Of a stretch of 64,000 bases of DNA, positions 13,411 to 25,447 are shown piece by piece. The stretch lies in NCBI RefSeq assembly GCF_018350175.1, contig NC_058368.1, forward strand, positions 165,294,001 through 165,358,000, in the 5' to 3' direction. Each line of letters begins with the position of its first letter. Positions within the stretch are counted from its first letter, which is position 1. Both the position numbers and the translations under genes were made by a program. Source of the DNA: Felis catus (taxonomy: Eukaryota). The notes beneath the pieces were generated by a model. It had not been told where the DNA came from, ran no database searches, and worked only from the letters and a program-made list of their open reading frames with translations.

Positions 13411-13702
13411 TGCATGTGTATGATGTGCTTCTCCCCAGCTTTACTGAGGTATAATTGAGCAATAAAAATGTAAGATACTTGAAGTATATAATGTAATGGC
13501 TCAGGAACTACTTTTATATTTTGCTTCTCTGAGCTCAATTTTTTCCCCCAATTTCACAAATAAGTGATACCATGAGCTATTTGTCTTCCTCTGTCTGGCT
13601 TATTTTGCTTAGTATAGTGCCCTCCAGTTTTATCCTGTACCATGCCACAAATGACAGCAATTTTTTTTCTTTAAAGACTGAATACTGTTCTGTAGTGTAT
13701 CT

Positions 13703-13740
13703 ACACACGCACGCGCACACACACATACACACACACACAC
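13703..13740. repeat. (CA)n microsatellite, imperfect
   Basis: acacacgcacgcgcacacacacatacacacacacacac. Confidence 0.9.
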
Positions 13741-14029
13741 TGATAATCCTACCCATTCATCTGTTGATGGAAACCTAGATTGGATTATTTATATATTATG
13801 GCTCCTATGAACATTAGAGTACAGATATTTGTTCGACATAATGATTTTGTTTCCTTTGGAAATATACTCAGAAATAGAATTCCCGAGCCATATGATGGTT
13901 CTATTTTTAACTTCTTGAGGAACCTCTAGTATTTTCTATAGTGGCTGTACTAGTTTACATTCCCAGCAGTGTATAAGGGTTCCCCTGTTCTTGACATTCC
14001 TAACAACATTTGTTATCTCTTGTCTTTTT

Positions 14030-14216
14030 AACATTTTTACAAATATTTTTGATTTTTGAGAGAGAAAGAGAGGGACAGAGAGAGACACACACGGAATCTG
14101 AAGCAACCTCCAGGCTGTGAGCTGTCAGCACAGAGTGGGTCTCGAAACCACAAAGTAGGAGATCATGACCTGAGCTGAAGTTGGACACTTAACTGACTGA
14201 GCCATCCAGGCACCCC
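14030..14216 (-). mobile_element. Felid CanSINE inside the L1
   Basis: Reverse SINE ending 'gagccatccaggcacccc'; TSD tcttgtcttttt (14018-14029 / 14217-14228). Confidence 0.93.
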
Positions 14217-16742
14217 TCTTGTCTTTTTGATAATAGACATTCTAACAGGTGAGGTGGTATCTCATTGTGGTTTTCATTTGCATTTCCCTGATCATGAGTT
14301 ATGTAAAACACCTTTTCAAGTACTTGATCATTTGTATGTTTTCATTGGAAAAATGTCTATTTAGGTCCTTAGCCCATTTTTATTAAGGTTTTTCTGTTTG
14401 TTTTTTAGCTATTGAGTTGTAGGAGTTCCTTGTATATTTTGGGTATCACCCCCTTATGTGGTTTCCAAATATTATTTCCCATTCCATAATTTATCTTCTC
14501 ATTTTGTTGGTTTCCTTTACTGTGCAGATTATTTTTAGTATGAGGTAGTTATGCTTGTTTATTTTTGCTGTTGTTGTGTTTGCTTTTTTGTCAAATCCAA
14601 AAAATCATTTCCAAGACCAGTGTTAAGGAGACTACCCCTTATGTTTTCTCCTAGGTGTTTTATGGTTTCAGGTTTTACATTTAAGTCCTTAATCCGTTTC
14701 AAGTTAATTTTTGTGACTAGGATAAGATAGGGGTCCAATTTTATTCACTTGCCTGTGGCTTTCTAGTTTTCCTAGCACCATTTATGGAAGAGACTACCAA
14801 TTTCTAACTGTATATTCTTGGCCTCTTTATTGGAAATTAATTGACCACATTCATGGGTTCATTTCTATGCTCCCATTATCTTCATTTAATCTATGTGTCT
14901 TTTTTTTTTAATGCCAATGCCATAATGTTACAATTTGTAATAGCTTTGTAATAATGTTTGAAATAAGTAAATGTGATGCCTCTAGCTTTGTTCTGCCTTC
15001 CCAACATTGCTTTGGTTTTTTGGAATCTTTTGCCATCCATACAAATTATAAGATTTTTCTATTTCTCTGAAAAATGCCATTGAAATTTTTATAGGAATTA
15101 CATTAAATCTGTAGCTTGCTTTGGTTAGTATGGACATTTTAACAATATTCTTCTAATCCATGAGCATGAAATACTTCTGTATTTGTGCCCTCTTCACTTT
15201 CTTTCATCAATGACTCATAGTTTTCAGCATACAGATGCTCTCCCTCCTTGGTTAAAATTATACCTATTTATTATTTTTAATACTATTGTGAAAGGGATTT
15301 TTAGATAGTTTATTGTTAATATGTAAAAAAACAACTAATTTTTGTATATTAATTTTATATACTGTGACTTTACTGAAATTGTTGATTTGTTCCAACAGTT
15401 TTTTGGTGGATACTTAAGTTTTTTTGTGTATATAATGTGAATTGTCAGGGTAGTTGACAATGTTATCTGCAAACAAACCATTTGCTGCTTCTTTTTCCAA
15501 TTGAATGACTTTCTTTCTTTTTCTTGCCTAATTACTCTGCCTAGGAATTTCAGTACCATTTGGAAAAAGTGGTAAGTGGCATGTACTTTTTCACAGTAGT
15601 CTCTTATAATCCTTTGTATTTCTTTGGTGTTGGCTTTTACTTCTTCTCTTTCATTTCTGATTTTATTCATTTGTGTCCTCTCTTTTTCTTATGAGTCTAA
15701 CAGTTCCCTAATTTTCTTTATCTTTTTAAAGAACCAGCTCTTTGTTTCATTGATGTTTGGGGTTTTTTTAGTCTCTTTTTTGTTTATATCTGCTCTGATC
15801 TTTATTATTTCGTTCCTTCTACCAACCTTGGACTTTGTTTGCTCTCCTTTTTCTAGTTCCTTTACAGTAAGGTTAGATTGTTTAAGATATCTTTTGTGTC
15901 TTGAGGTAGGCTGGATTCCTTTAAGTTTCTCTCTTAGAACTGTTTCATTGAATCCCAAAGATTTTGGACTATGGTGTTTTCATTTGTCTCCATGTATTTT
16001 CTATTTCTTCTTTTATTTCTTCGTTGACCCATAGGCTATTTAGTAGCATGTTGTTTAGCTTGTACATGTTCAAGTTTTTTCTAGTTTTCTTTTTGTGATT
16101 GATTTCTAGTCTCATACCATTGTGGTTGGAAAAGATGCATGATATGAATGCAATCTTCTTAAATTTATTGAGACTTATTTTTTGGCCTAACAAGTAATGT
16201 TCCATGTACACTTGAAAAGATTGTTTTTTGTTGTTTTTAGATGGAATGTTCTATATATATCTGTCAAGTCTACCTAGTCTTATGTGTCATTCAAAAATGC
16301 TGTTTCCATATTGATTTTATGCTTGGATGATATATCTATTAATGTAAGTGAGATATGGAAGTCCCCTACCCACTATTGTATTCCTGTCTCCCTTTATTTC
16401 TGTTAATATTTGCTTTATATATTTAGCTGCCCCAACGTTGGGTGCATAGATGTTTATAATTGCTATATCCTCTTGTTGGATTGACTTTTCTATCATTAAA
16501 AGTAACACCTTTTTTTTTTTTTTTGGCTGTTGGACTTTGAAACAAAGACTATACTGTTTTTTGTTTTTTGTTTTTTTTTCTGATATAAGCATTGCTGCAC
16601 TGGCTTTTTTTCTTTTTTGCTTCTATTTGCATGGCATACATTTTTCTAACCTTTCACTTTCAGTCTGTATGTGTATTTATAGGTCTGCAGTGAATCTTTT
16701 ATAGGCAGCATATAAATAGGTCTTTTAAAAAAATCTGTATTT

Positions 16743-16920
16743 GGGGCATCTGGGTGACTCAGTTCGTTAAGCTTCCAACTCTTGATATCAGCTCAGGTCA
16801 TGATTTCATGGTTCATGAGTTTGAGCCCACCATCCGGCTTTGTGCTGACAGTGCAGAGCCTGCTTGGGATTCTCTCTCTCTCTAAAAAAATAACTTAAGA
16901 AAAACATTTAAAAAATAAAA
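16743..16920 (+). mobile_element. CanSINE inside the L1
   Basis: 'ggggcatctgggtgactcagttcgttaagc...gcagagcctgcttgggattctctctctc' plus A tail. Confidence 0.92.
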
Positions 16921-19087
16921 AATCTAGTCTGCCACCCTATGGCTTTTGACTGGAAGCATTTAGACAATTTACATTTAAATCATTAATAGGTAGGTACTTA
17001 ATGTCATTTTATTCATTGTTTTCTTGTTGTTTTATAGGTGTTCTATGTTTCTTTCTTGCTCTCTCCCCTTGTGATTAGTGACTTTCTGTAATGTTATGCT
17101 TGGGTTTCTATTTTTTGTGTATCAGAGGGTTTGAGTTTGTGGCACCATGAGATTGATATCTAGGATCCCCAAAATATAGCAGTCTATTTTAAGTTGATGG
17201 TCTTTTAAGTTTGAACAGATTAAAAGAACATTTTTACTCTCTCCTCCACATTTTATGTAAATGTTTTCATATTTTATATCTTTTTTATCTGTCATTTTCT
17301 TCTAATTAGGGTTTCTTTTAAGCAGAAAAGTCCCTTCAACATTTCTTGTAAGCCCAGTGTGGTGGTGATGAATTTCTTTAACTTTTGTTTGGGAAATTCT
17401 TTATCTTTGCTTCAGTTCTGAATAACAACCTTGCAAAGTTCAGTATTCTTGGTTGTAGGTTTTTCCTTTCAGGTCTTTGAATATATCATGCCACTCCCTT
17501 CTTGCCTGTACAGTCTCTGCTGAAAATTCAACTGATAGTCTTATGAAGTTTTCCTTGTACATAACACTTTGCTCTTTCTTGCTGCTTCTCTAATTTTCCC
17601 TGGATCTTTAAACTTTGGAATTTTAATTATTATGTGTCTTGGTCTGTACTACCTTGTGTTTGTCTTTTTGGAACTTTCAGTGCCTCCTCAACCTGGATGT
17701 CTGGTTCCTTTGCCAGGCTGGAAAATTTCAGGTTATTATTTCTTCAATAAGTTTTCTGCCCTTTCTATTCTCCTTCCAGGACCTCTATAATATGAATGTT
17801 CACTTGATGTCCAAGAAATCCCTTAACCTATCCTCATTTTTTGAATTTTCTTTTTGCTATTTTGCTTCCCCTTACCCTATCTTCCATATCACTGATTAGT
17901 TCTTCTCCATCTGCTAATCCATTGTTCAATCCCTCTGGCATATTTTTCATTTCAGTAATTGCATTCTTCCATTCTGATTCTTTTTTATATTTTCTTTTTG
18001 TTGTTGTTGTTGTTGTTGTTTAACTTCTCACAGAGTTCTTCCACTTCTCTCTCCAGTTGGGTGAGCATCTTTATGACCATTACTTTAAGCACTTTATCAA
18101 GCATATTGCCTACCTATGTCACATTTTTTGTCTTGTTCTTTGTCTCAGTCTTTTGTTTGGAGCATCTTTTTCTGTCTCCCATTTGCTTGACTTTCTGTGT
18201 TTGTTTCAAAAATGGCAAAACAGTTATCTCTCAGAAACTTGAAGAAATAGTCTTGTGTATGGTTGTCTTCTGTGTAGACTGTGCCTAGTGATGTTGGCTG
18301 GCTGGAGTAGTGTCTGGCAAGGGTGGAGGGTCTCTGGGTATTACATGCTGGAGCTGCCCAGGTAGGATGGCCAGAACTGAAGTGGGTGTGGACTGAAGTG
18401 GGTGTGGGTTGGAGTCGTCTTAGGCCTCACTGCACAGAGGGTTCCCTGGCAAGACAGCTGAAGTTGAAGTGGGTACTTTCCTGAGGGGCTTGGGCATGGG
18501 TCAGGCAGGGGGTTCTCAGGGTGCTCAATGCAAGGGGCACCCTGTTGCTGACAGGCATGAGCCAGGATGTTCAAGTGTGCTCTGTTCTGCGGTTGCCTTA
18601 GCAAGCTATTAGCAAGCTATCTGGAGATGAAGTGGGGACAATCTGGGATGTTCGGGGGGGGGGGGGGCTTTGCACCTTTGTCACCTTGGCATAATGGCTG
18701 CAGCTGTAGTATGACCAGGGGTGGTCAGGTGTGTGCTGTGGCTGCCTTGGTGGGATGATGGGGGCTGGTCTGATCTAGGGGTGCATGGTAACTGAGGAAG
18801 TTGGCTGGCTTTGGTGCTTGGAACCTGCCTTGCTTCACTCCATGCTATTGATGTGTGTGGAGGGGGGTGTGGGGCGGGGAGTTTGTCTGCTGCTAGGGAA
18901 CCTTGTGCTCCTTAAAGAAGCAAGTTGGTTATGGTACCAGATTCTGCTACCATCTACACTATCAACGTGGTTGGGGGGAATAAGCCACAACACTCACCAG
19001 CCCCTATAACCTGGAGAGAGTTCCAGTAGTTCCCCTACCATTGGTGGGGTTCTAAGGCTGGATTTTTTATATTCTAGATGCTTTTTT

Positions 19088-19300
19088 ATTTTTTTTTCAA
19101 CGTTTATTTATTTTTGGGACAGAGAGAGACAGAGCATGAACGGGGGAGGGGCAGAGAGAGAGGGAGACACAGAATCGGAAACAGGCTCCAGGCTCTGAGC
19201 CATCAGCCCAGAGCCCGACGCGGGGCTCGAACTCACGGACCGCGAGATCGTGACCTGGCTGAAGTCGGAGGCTTAACCGACTGCGCCACCCAGGCACCCC
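19088..19300 (-). mobile_element. Young felid CanSINE (SINEC_Fc type)
   Basis: CpG-rich intact body; perfect TSD tctagatgctttttt (19073-19087 / 19301-19315). Confidence 0.97.
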
Positions 19301-19646
19301 TCTAGATGCTTTTTTAAATGGCGACTTAACTGTGCTGGAATGGGCTCTCAATCTCAGTACTATCCCTCCCCACTGCAGTTTGCAGCACTGTGGTTCTGGT
19401 TCCCTTTGTTACTATGTCTCTTTTTCTGTTACTTTTCTCTATGTGGTCTGTCTTTTGTGGTGCAGCAGCTGTCCAGTCAGCTTTAAGTTCTTTTTCAGAA
19501 GGAATTACTCTATAAGTAGATGTAGATTGGGTATGTCTATAGAGGAAGTGAATTCAGGGCCCTTCTATTTTGCCATCTTGGACCAGGACTTCCACCAAAT
19601 GTAATCTTTAAAGAGAAAGCCACCATGCTCTGCATTTTCAGAGTGC

Positions 19647-19657
19647 AGGGGGGAACA
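19647..19657 (+). other. Putative polypurine tract preceding an LTR start (TGT at 19658)
   Basis: 'agggggga aca|tgta' lies just beyond the L1 5' end, where the env remnant at 12030-13410 would continue. Confidence 0.5.
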
Positions 19658-19744
19658 TGTATTTTTAAAGATATAGTTAATACCTAGAAATTCCACAGTA
19701 TGCCCCATACAGCAAGGTTGTGGGGATTTCCCTGCCTTTTGATA

Positions 19745-19924
19745 TTTGTTTTATTTTTATTTTTTAGGAAGAGACAGAGTATGTGAGTGGGGGACAGGGG
19801 CAGAGGGAGAATGAGAGAGACTCCCAAGCAGGCTCATGGGACCTGATCCCAAGACCCTGGAATCCTGACCTAAACCAAAATCAACGGTGGGATGCTCAAC
19901 TGACTGGGCTGCCCAGGTGACCCC
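19745..19924 (-). mobile_element. Older CanSINE
   Basis: Reverse SINE ending 'ctgcccaggtgacccc'; imperfect TSD ttccctgccttttgata / ttccctccttttagata. Confidence 0.88.
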
Positions 19925-20522
19925 CTTCCCTCCTTTTAGATAACCAACATGTGGTAATCACAGAACCTTGCCTTAGGCCCAGGTGAAAACTTACATCTTA
20001 GATGCATATAGTTGACTCTTTTTTTCTTTATAGTAATTCAGCGTTAATCAAAAAATCAAGATCAGCTCTGGCAAAGCATATGTTATTTGAGAATTATTGG
20101 AGCTTGAGTAAAACAAAGATATTTAATTTTAAGGGCACTCATTTTGTACATGATGTAATGTAAGCCCCTAAAACAAATGGATTTATCATATTTAACACCC
20201 TGTACTCAGCATTTATCACCTTACTGTGGCATATTACTATTATATTCTCAACAAAAATGTTACAGAAGCCAAAATATCATACCTTACTAGTGTCAGGGCT
20301 GGCACTATAATGCAAATCTCCTAACTTCTAAAAAGATCTCTTCAATTCTTTTTTTTTTTTTTCCTTTAAAATTCAGGAGACGGAATTTCTTCAAATCTGA
20401 CCTATCAAGCTCTGTTGTGGTCCTGAGGCTGGCTGTAAAAATCATGTGGAAGACAGATTAATCTTTTATTAAAAGAATTACCTTTTAACATTTTAAGCAC
20501 CTAGTGATTTCCATTTTACCTC

Positions 20523-20949
20523 TGTGAGAAAAGAAACCAGAGTCCACAAATGAAGTCAGTTATATTAATTAAGAGAACCATGTCAGCAAACCAAGACTTC
20601 ATACCTAACCTAACTGTAGTTTCCACCCCCTCCCAGGAAACTAACCTTTAACCAGTTAACCTGGAATTTCCTGGTCATCACTAGGAAATGTACTGATAGA
20701 CCCTTCCTTTTCCCCTTAGGAGAGTGACCTTGCCTAAAACAAAGTATTCTTTGCTAATAATTTCCTTTTCTCCACTCCCTCTCTACCTTTAAAAAAAAAA
20801 AACAAAAATAAAACACCTTCCTTTTCTGCAGCTTGATGGAGCTCTTTTCTATGTGCTAGATGGGATGCTGACTGATGAATCATTTTAACAAATTTTAATA
20901 AAACCAATTAGCTCTTCAAATTTATTCAGCTGGATTTGGTTGTTTAATG
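20523..20949 (+). mobile_element. 5' LTR of the provirus
   Basis: Starts TG; shares 'agttaacctggaatttcctggtcatcactagg' and 'tcttcaaattta' with 26517-26914; AATAAA at ~20897. Confidence 0.92.
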
Positions 20950-20953
20950 GATT

Positions 20954-20971
20954 TGGTGGCAGCAACAGGAT
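20954..20971 (+). promoter_or_regulatory. Primer binding site, tRNA-Leu-like
   Basis: tggtggcagcaacaggat matches 14/18 to TGGTGGCAGCGGTGGGAT, the complement of the tRNA-Leu(AAG/TAG) 3' end as recalled, and sits 4 nt after the LTR. Confidence 0.7.
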
Positions 20972-21387
20972 CCAAAGCAAACTTCTGATGGCTTTTGGGG
21001 ACAGTAAGAAACATCCTACTAACCCTCTGAGTTCACAATCTTTCTGTTTCCAAGGGCTGTGGGTAAGTTCCATCTCGGTTATGAGCTCCATTTTCTTTGC
21101 ATCCAGCTCCCAATCTAATTGGATTTCCCTTGCAGTGCAGGGCAACTTAAGCTTGCAGACAATTCCCAGGTTTTTTAGTGGAAAATCCTAGCCCTTGCCA
21201 TACTGGGAATTATTAGAGTTTACCTGCCAAAGTTGGACCTGGTCCAATTTTAAAGACTGGATTGAGTCTGGGCTTGGACTGGGTCTGATTGGAGCTGGAC
21301 TGAGTTCAATTTCAGAACTGAACTGGGCCCCATTTAGACCAGACTGAGTCCAGTGGGAAGCCTCAGGTGAATAAAATTTGTTTTGAA

Positions 21388-21900
21388 TGGGATCTTTAAA
21401 AAAATCCAGAGTTAGGCATGACACATTCTGGCACACTTGCTTATTTTATGTCTAAGAACTATGGTTGCAGAAGCCATAAATATTTTCACAAATGGCAAAA
21501 TCCTACTAAGCTTGTTTTGTGCCCTGAAGAATTTGACTTGGTAACTATAACGTTGGGGGCATCAAAATAAGGCCCTGCAAAAATGCGGGTTACACTCCAT
21601 TTACAGCTGCATCCCAACCAAACTGCTGCCAACCCTCAGAGTATTTAAAGGCTAGAGTTCCAATGGCCATTAGGAAGAACAACCCAATTTGATAAGGTCA
21701 TTTAAAAGTGCACGTACAAGCAGACTTCAGAATTCCAAAAATGGCTACATTGAAAGTTTCACTGCAGAAAGCTGAGGAAAAAGACACAAGAAGTACCTAA
21801 TGCAAAAGACTGTAAGACTGACTCAGTTATTGCTCCTTTCCCTCTACTCTCCTTTACTTGAGTATTGGATAAACAAAAGTCCACCAAATTAATGGGTCTG
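21388..21900 (+). pseudogene. gag: gag N-terminal (matrix) remnant
   Basis: ATG-GGA start (MGSLKKS), then after a frameshift SGTLAYFMSKNYGCRSHKYFHKWQNPTK and later LEFQWP; broken frame, end approximate. Confidence 0.6.
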
Positions 21901-24900
21901 AAAACACCTCCATGTCTACAAAGAAGTATCCCCTATATATCTCTGCCAGAGTTAATGAGACTCTGAGGGGTTTTCTGATAAACTCCTATCTTATTTTCCA
22001 AAAAAGCCCAGAGAAAACAAAAGTAAACAGAAACAAATGTATTCCTACACAGATAGATGGCTGTCATTCCTTTAACATCCAGGCTACCCTTCAGTTCTTT
22101 AAGGGATCAAAAGCAACTGTCTTTATATTGATAAAACTGGAAATGCATCTCAAGAAGCAATCCAAAGTCCACCTACCCCTGTTTACCAATCCTAAAACCT
22201 TCCCTATTTATTCCTTTTATTGGCCATAAGAAACCATACTTCTTGGAAGAACTTGCATTCTTTCCCTGTGTCTTTGAGATGAAATAAGAATTACCCCCCT
22301 GAGGTTTGCAGTTTTATGAGAGGTAAAATAAAATGGGGGGCGGTCCTTTGAAATTTATATGAAGGAAAAATCATGTCTTCTCTAAAAACATTAGTAGAAA
22401 ACATTTGAGCCATCTGAGCAGGTATCCCGAACTTACTACATCTGCCAGAAAAACAGTTTGGATCCAACGGTTATTCTCTACACCAGTGAGTTTTACATTA
22501 TCATATCTGTCTAATTGCTAAAAATTTTAAAGCAATAATTCTAAGATCTATGTTTACATGTGTCTATTATAGATGTGTGAATGTCATTGCCAAAAATAAT
22601 CTGTAAGAACTCTAATAATTGTCTTAAAAATGAGCACTGGGAAATTAAGCATTTATCTCAGAAATATAATAGAAACTAACCTAAAAGTTATTCAAGTTTG
22701 TATGATCTAGGATGATTTTCATTAAATAAAAACTAGTTTAATTTGGTGGTTTAATTAATAAAGACATGTCTTAGTGTTAGCAACATTGGACATAATGCAG
22801 ACATAACACTTTATTTTGGGGTTATTAGTCAAATGAGCTCATGTTATCTCTTGGAAACTTTGATGGCTGATTTGGTCCAATGCCTCATGTGGGTTTTCTA
22901 AACACAATTGTCTGGAGCAAGTGATGTAGACAGATGTGAAATAGAAGTTTTTAGGTTAACGTTTTAATAATTTTGTTTTATGGCGTGTCTACTTAAAAAT
23001 AGTTTCCAAAATCTTTAACTTAAAACAAGTTAAATGATGAAAATTCAATGAATGATAAAATAATGAAACTTAAATTACTGAATATAGGTTTATCTAGTCT
23101 TGGCTTCCTTATTACAGAGAAATTAAAGATAAATGAGATAAATTTGGGTTTGTTAGTAAAATTTTTTTGTACTTTGTACCATGAAGAAGCATGTTTCTGG
23201 AAATTATGAAATGTATTCATAAATTTGTCAACCTAAATAATGCTAGTGTAATGGTTCATAATTGATTACTACTTAGTTTTCTTAATTTTACCTAGTTTAC
23301 TTAATATTAGAAATTAAAGGTTCCTAAGGTTTAAGAATTCTAATTAATATATGTGAATAAAACTATTAGAAGTAATAAGAGAAACATGCCTGAATGCAAA
23401 AAAACAAAACAATAGAAGATAGGAATGGAAATGCATTTTTGTTGAGGGAAAAGAAAGTAATTTTATCCTAGAGCAAAGCTAGTTATTGAAAGACAGGAAA
23501 ATATACGGTAAAATCCAAATGTAAAAAAAAAAAAGTTATAGATTTGTGAAAAAGGAATCTCTAAAATGTAATTTTAATATGTAATCAAGCTGGCTAAAAT
23601 TAAAATAAGACTTTTAATAAGTACACTGATGCAAAATTTAAATTTTGTTTTTCTTGGTTAAAAGGACAATTTTCTTAGATTATTGGTCTGCTCTTACCAA
23701 GAAATAGTAAACAAAGATTTTTCTTTACTTTTAATGTAATCTGCCTAGAAAATCAAAGATTCTGTGTTTTGTCTTTACCAGGTCTTTTTGCCAAGAACTT
23801 TGGAACCTGCGTTTACCTGTGAAGTCTGTCACGGTGGTTGTATAGATAACTAAGTATGGTTTCACAGTGACCTATGATCCTATTTAGTCAAGTATCCAAA
23901 ACCAAATTATAAAGTGAAGACTTTTGACCACAAATTAACTTTGAAATATTACAGAGTGTACCTGGAATATTTCAAAGATTTGTTTTCTCATAGAAAGTTA
24001 AACGTTAGACTAATGAGGCTTATTTGATGTGCTAAATTACATGGGAAGAATCATCAGATAGGTCATGCTAAACCTTCTTAGCTTGTATGGGTAAATGTGT
24101 TACAGAAATTGTAAAAAAAATTCTAAAATTCTGATGCATCCTGATATAATGTTATCAGTCATAATTCTATTTACTTTCTTACGATGTTTTATGTCACAAA
24201 AATAACCAATTTATTTTGTCTACTGAATTATGAGTTCTAATCAGACCTTTAATGATTTCATTTTTAAATCTTTTGTCATTTACAGAAAGTTGTTGTTTTG
24301 CTCAGATGCTTCTACCAAAGCTTTCTACAAATGTGTTTCATCTTCAGAGAAATTTAAGGGAAGGAATCTGACAAGGACTTTAGAATACAGATTTTTGATA
24401 ACTTTCATATCATATCATGGGTAAGAATTTCCAGAACTAGTAGAAAAATGATTCAAGCAGAACAAGAATTAACGAGATAGGTCAAAATTGAAATGAGAAA
24501 GATGATAATTTTTGTGACTTATTTTAAACATTACTGCTTATCCAATGTTTTACATTTTTAGACCTCAGGAAACCTTTTTTCTTTTTTTTCTTAAGCTATC
24601 AACAATTTACTAAGATATACCTTTGTCAACAAAAATGAAACATTTACTTCTTCTTCCTATCTCATCACTCCAAAACTCAAAAACTCTTGAGTATTCTTTA
24701 TCTTGGCAAAATAGGTATTTACATAAGTTCAATGAGAATCTGTTCTCCCCATAGTAGAACACATTTGGAAATAATGGTTATATTACCAAAGCTTTGACTG
24801 GAATATCCCATAGGAGAGAGATTGGCAGCCTCAGCTATGGCAGTTTTAAAGAACTAAGGTTGACTTTACAGAGCCAATAAAGACCCTTCAATAAAAAAAA

Positions 24901-25212
24901 AAAAAAAAAAAATTGACCTGGTACCTTGCATAACAAGAGCTTATGTGGTCAGTCACTGTTCTTGGGGCATTTACATAAATAATCAGGCAAAGCTTAATGT
25001 AAAAAAATCTTAAAATGAGGGTAAATGTAAAGAGAAAAAAATACTTTTACACCTTTATATTAGTTTCTAATCCTATTAAATGTCTTTGAGGTTCTGGTAT
25101 ACATATAAATTGGACTATATCCTAAGTTCTTCTAGTTTCTGTAAAAATCTATGACTCTCCAAACTAACATTTCCAGTTGTTTCTCACCCTTCTGATTTGG
25201 AATCAGTAAATA

Positions 25213-25390
25213 AAGACTGCCCTTGATTCTCCTTGGAAGGGACTAAACCAAATGTTCCTCACTAACAGGTGGCAGCCAAACCTCAGGGACTTAACCCTTG
25301 GACATGCATCTCACAATTGAAAAACGCTCCGCCTGACATAAAGACTCTGGAGACCTTGCAGTCACATTGAGGAGGAGGAGAAGTAGCTGA
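25213..25390 (+). pseudogene. pol: Integrase C-terminal remnant of pol
   Basis: KTALDSPWKGLNQMFLT, then after a frameshift AAKPQGLNPWTCISQLKNAPPD; a decayed form of the gamma-type 'WKGPYxVLLT...WIHxSxLK' tail. Confidence 0.75.
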
Positions 25391-25447
25391 CACAGAGGTA
25401 AAAATGCATTCTTCCAAGACATTAGATTACAACTTTATACTTTAGAC

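Larger units (their letters stand above)
13420..19590 (-). mobile_element. Older near-full-length carnivore L1 with an internal RT deletion and three SINE insertions
   Basis: Minus-strand ORF2 fragments (QQEDIAIINIYAPNVGAAKYIKQIL; FSNHNGMRLEIN; INETKSWFFKKI), ORF1-like region ~17330-18250, GC-rich 5'UTR, and 5' terminus 'caagatggc' (tttgccatcttgg at ~19569-19581). Confidence 0.92.

Noticed and set aside
19078..19351. ORFs overlapping CanSINEs (also 14000, 27788, 31802, 33371, 34785, 48215, 55203)
   Set aside because: Recurring peptides such as 'SLEPVSDSVSPSLS' are translations of the SINE consensus, not genes.
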